Below are positions 63,690 through 64,000 of a stretch of DNA of 64,000 nt, piece by piece; the first letter of the stretch is position 1, and the number at the start of each line of letters is the position of its first letter. The DNA comes from Amoebidium appalachense. Taxonomy: Eukaryota; Protista; Ichthyosporea. The stretch is taken from the NCBI GenBank assembly GCA_963693365.1, contig CAVNZM010000006.1:7853264-7917263 (forward strand). The letters run 5' to 3'. Made by a program: the position numbers and the translations under genes. The notes under the pieces were generated by a model. It saw nothing but the letters and a program-made list of their open reading frames with translations. It had not been told where the DNA came from and ran no database searches.

Positions 63690-64000
63690 TGTCATGACAT
63701 TGTCATCCCGTTGGTGCATATCAGAGCAAAACACTAACATACGAAACTCTGATTATTGGGATCTGATAGCACATGCCGAAGGGATACACCCTTGTGCTTT
63801 GATCTTACTGGTGCATACCAAAGCGATACACTCTTTTTCTGTTTTCCGAGTGGTGCATAACTAAGAGATACATCCTGTGCTCTGATTGTTGCATGACTAA
63901 GAGATACACCCTCTAGCTGTTCTCTGAATGGTGCATGGCAAAGCGATACACTCTTTTTCTGTTTTCCGACTGGTGCATAACTAAGAGATACATCCTGTGC
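63690..64000 (+). repeat. Degenerate minisatellite with units of about 40 bp (GGTGCATAACTAAGAGATACA...)
   Basis: Repeated GGTGCAT...A(A/G)(A/C)GATACAC units running to the window end. Confidence 0.75.

Overview
Eukaryotic, extremely intron-rich and microsatellite-rich genomic DNA, with poly-C/G, (CA)n, (GA)n and (GGGA)n tracts. A unicellular holozoan is a guess from the animal-like NF1 and is not established. Nearly all ORFs in the supplied track are low-complexity artefacts. By hand-splicing I recover three protein-coding genes. (i) The last three exons of an ankyrin-repeat gene (+, 31-1297). (ii) A small intronless secreted His/Thr/Ala-rich peptide gene (-, 8729-9007). (iii) The 5' two-thirds or so of a neurofibromin (NF1) RasGAP gene (+, about 12819 to beyond 63269) in 57 phase-compatible short exons covering the N-terminal helical region, the GAP domain and Sec14-PH. 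It has two GC-AG introns and many acceptors made of (CA)n with no pyrimidine tract. Accessory DNA includes a decayed Penelope-like reverse transcriptase (-, about 6000-7450), TTAA-flanked foldback MITEs and a tiny cox3 NUMT. The most striking candidate new system is a family of short non-coding elements always abutting poly-C. It carries all three hammerhead-ribozyme core strands (stem III-GUU-stem I; stem II-GAAA-stem III; stem I-CUGANGA-stem II) with partly compensatory pairing, but in an order matching none of the type I/II/III circular permutations. This suggests a pseudoknotted or dimeric hammerhead in probable non-autonomous Penelope-like elements. A second recurring phenomenon is tandem arrays of degenerate copies of the splice junctions flanking at least 9 NF1 exons.
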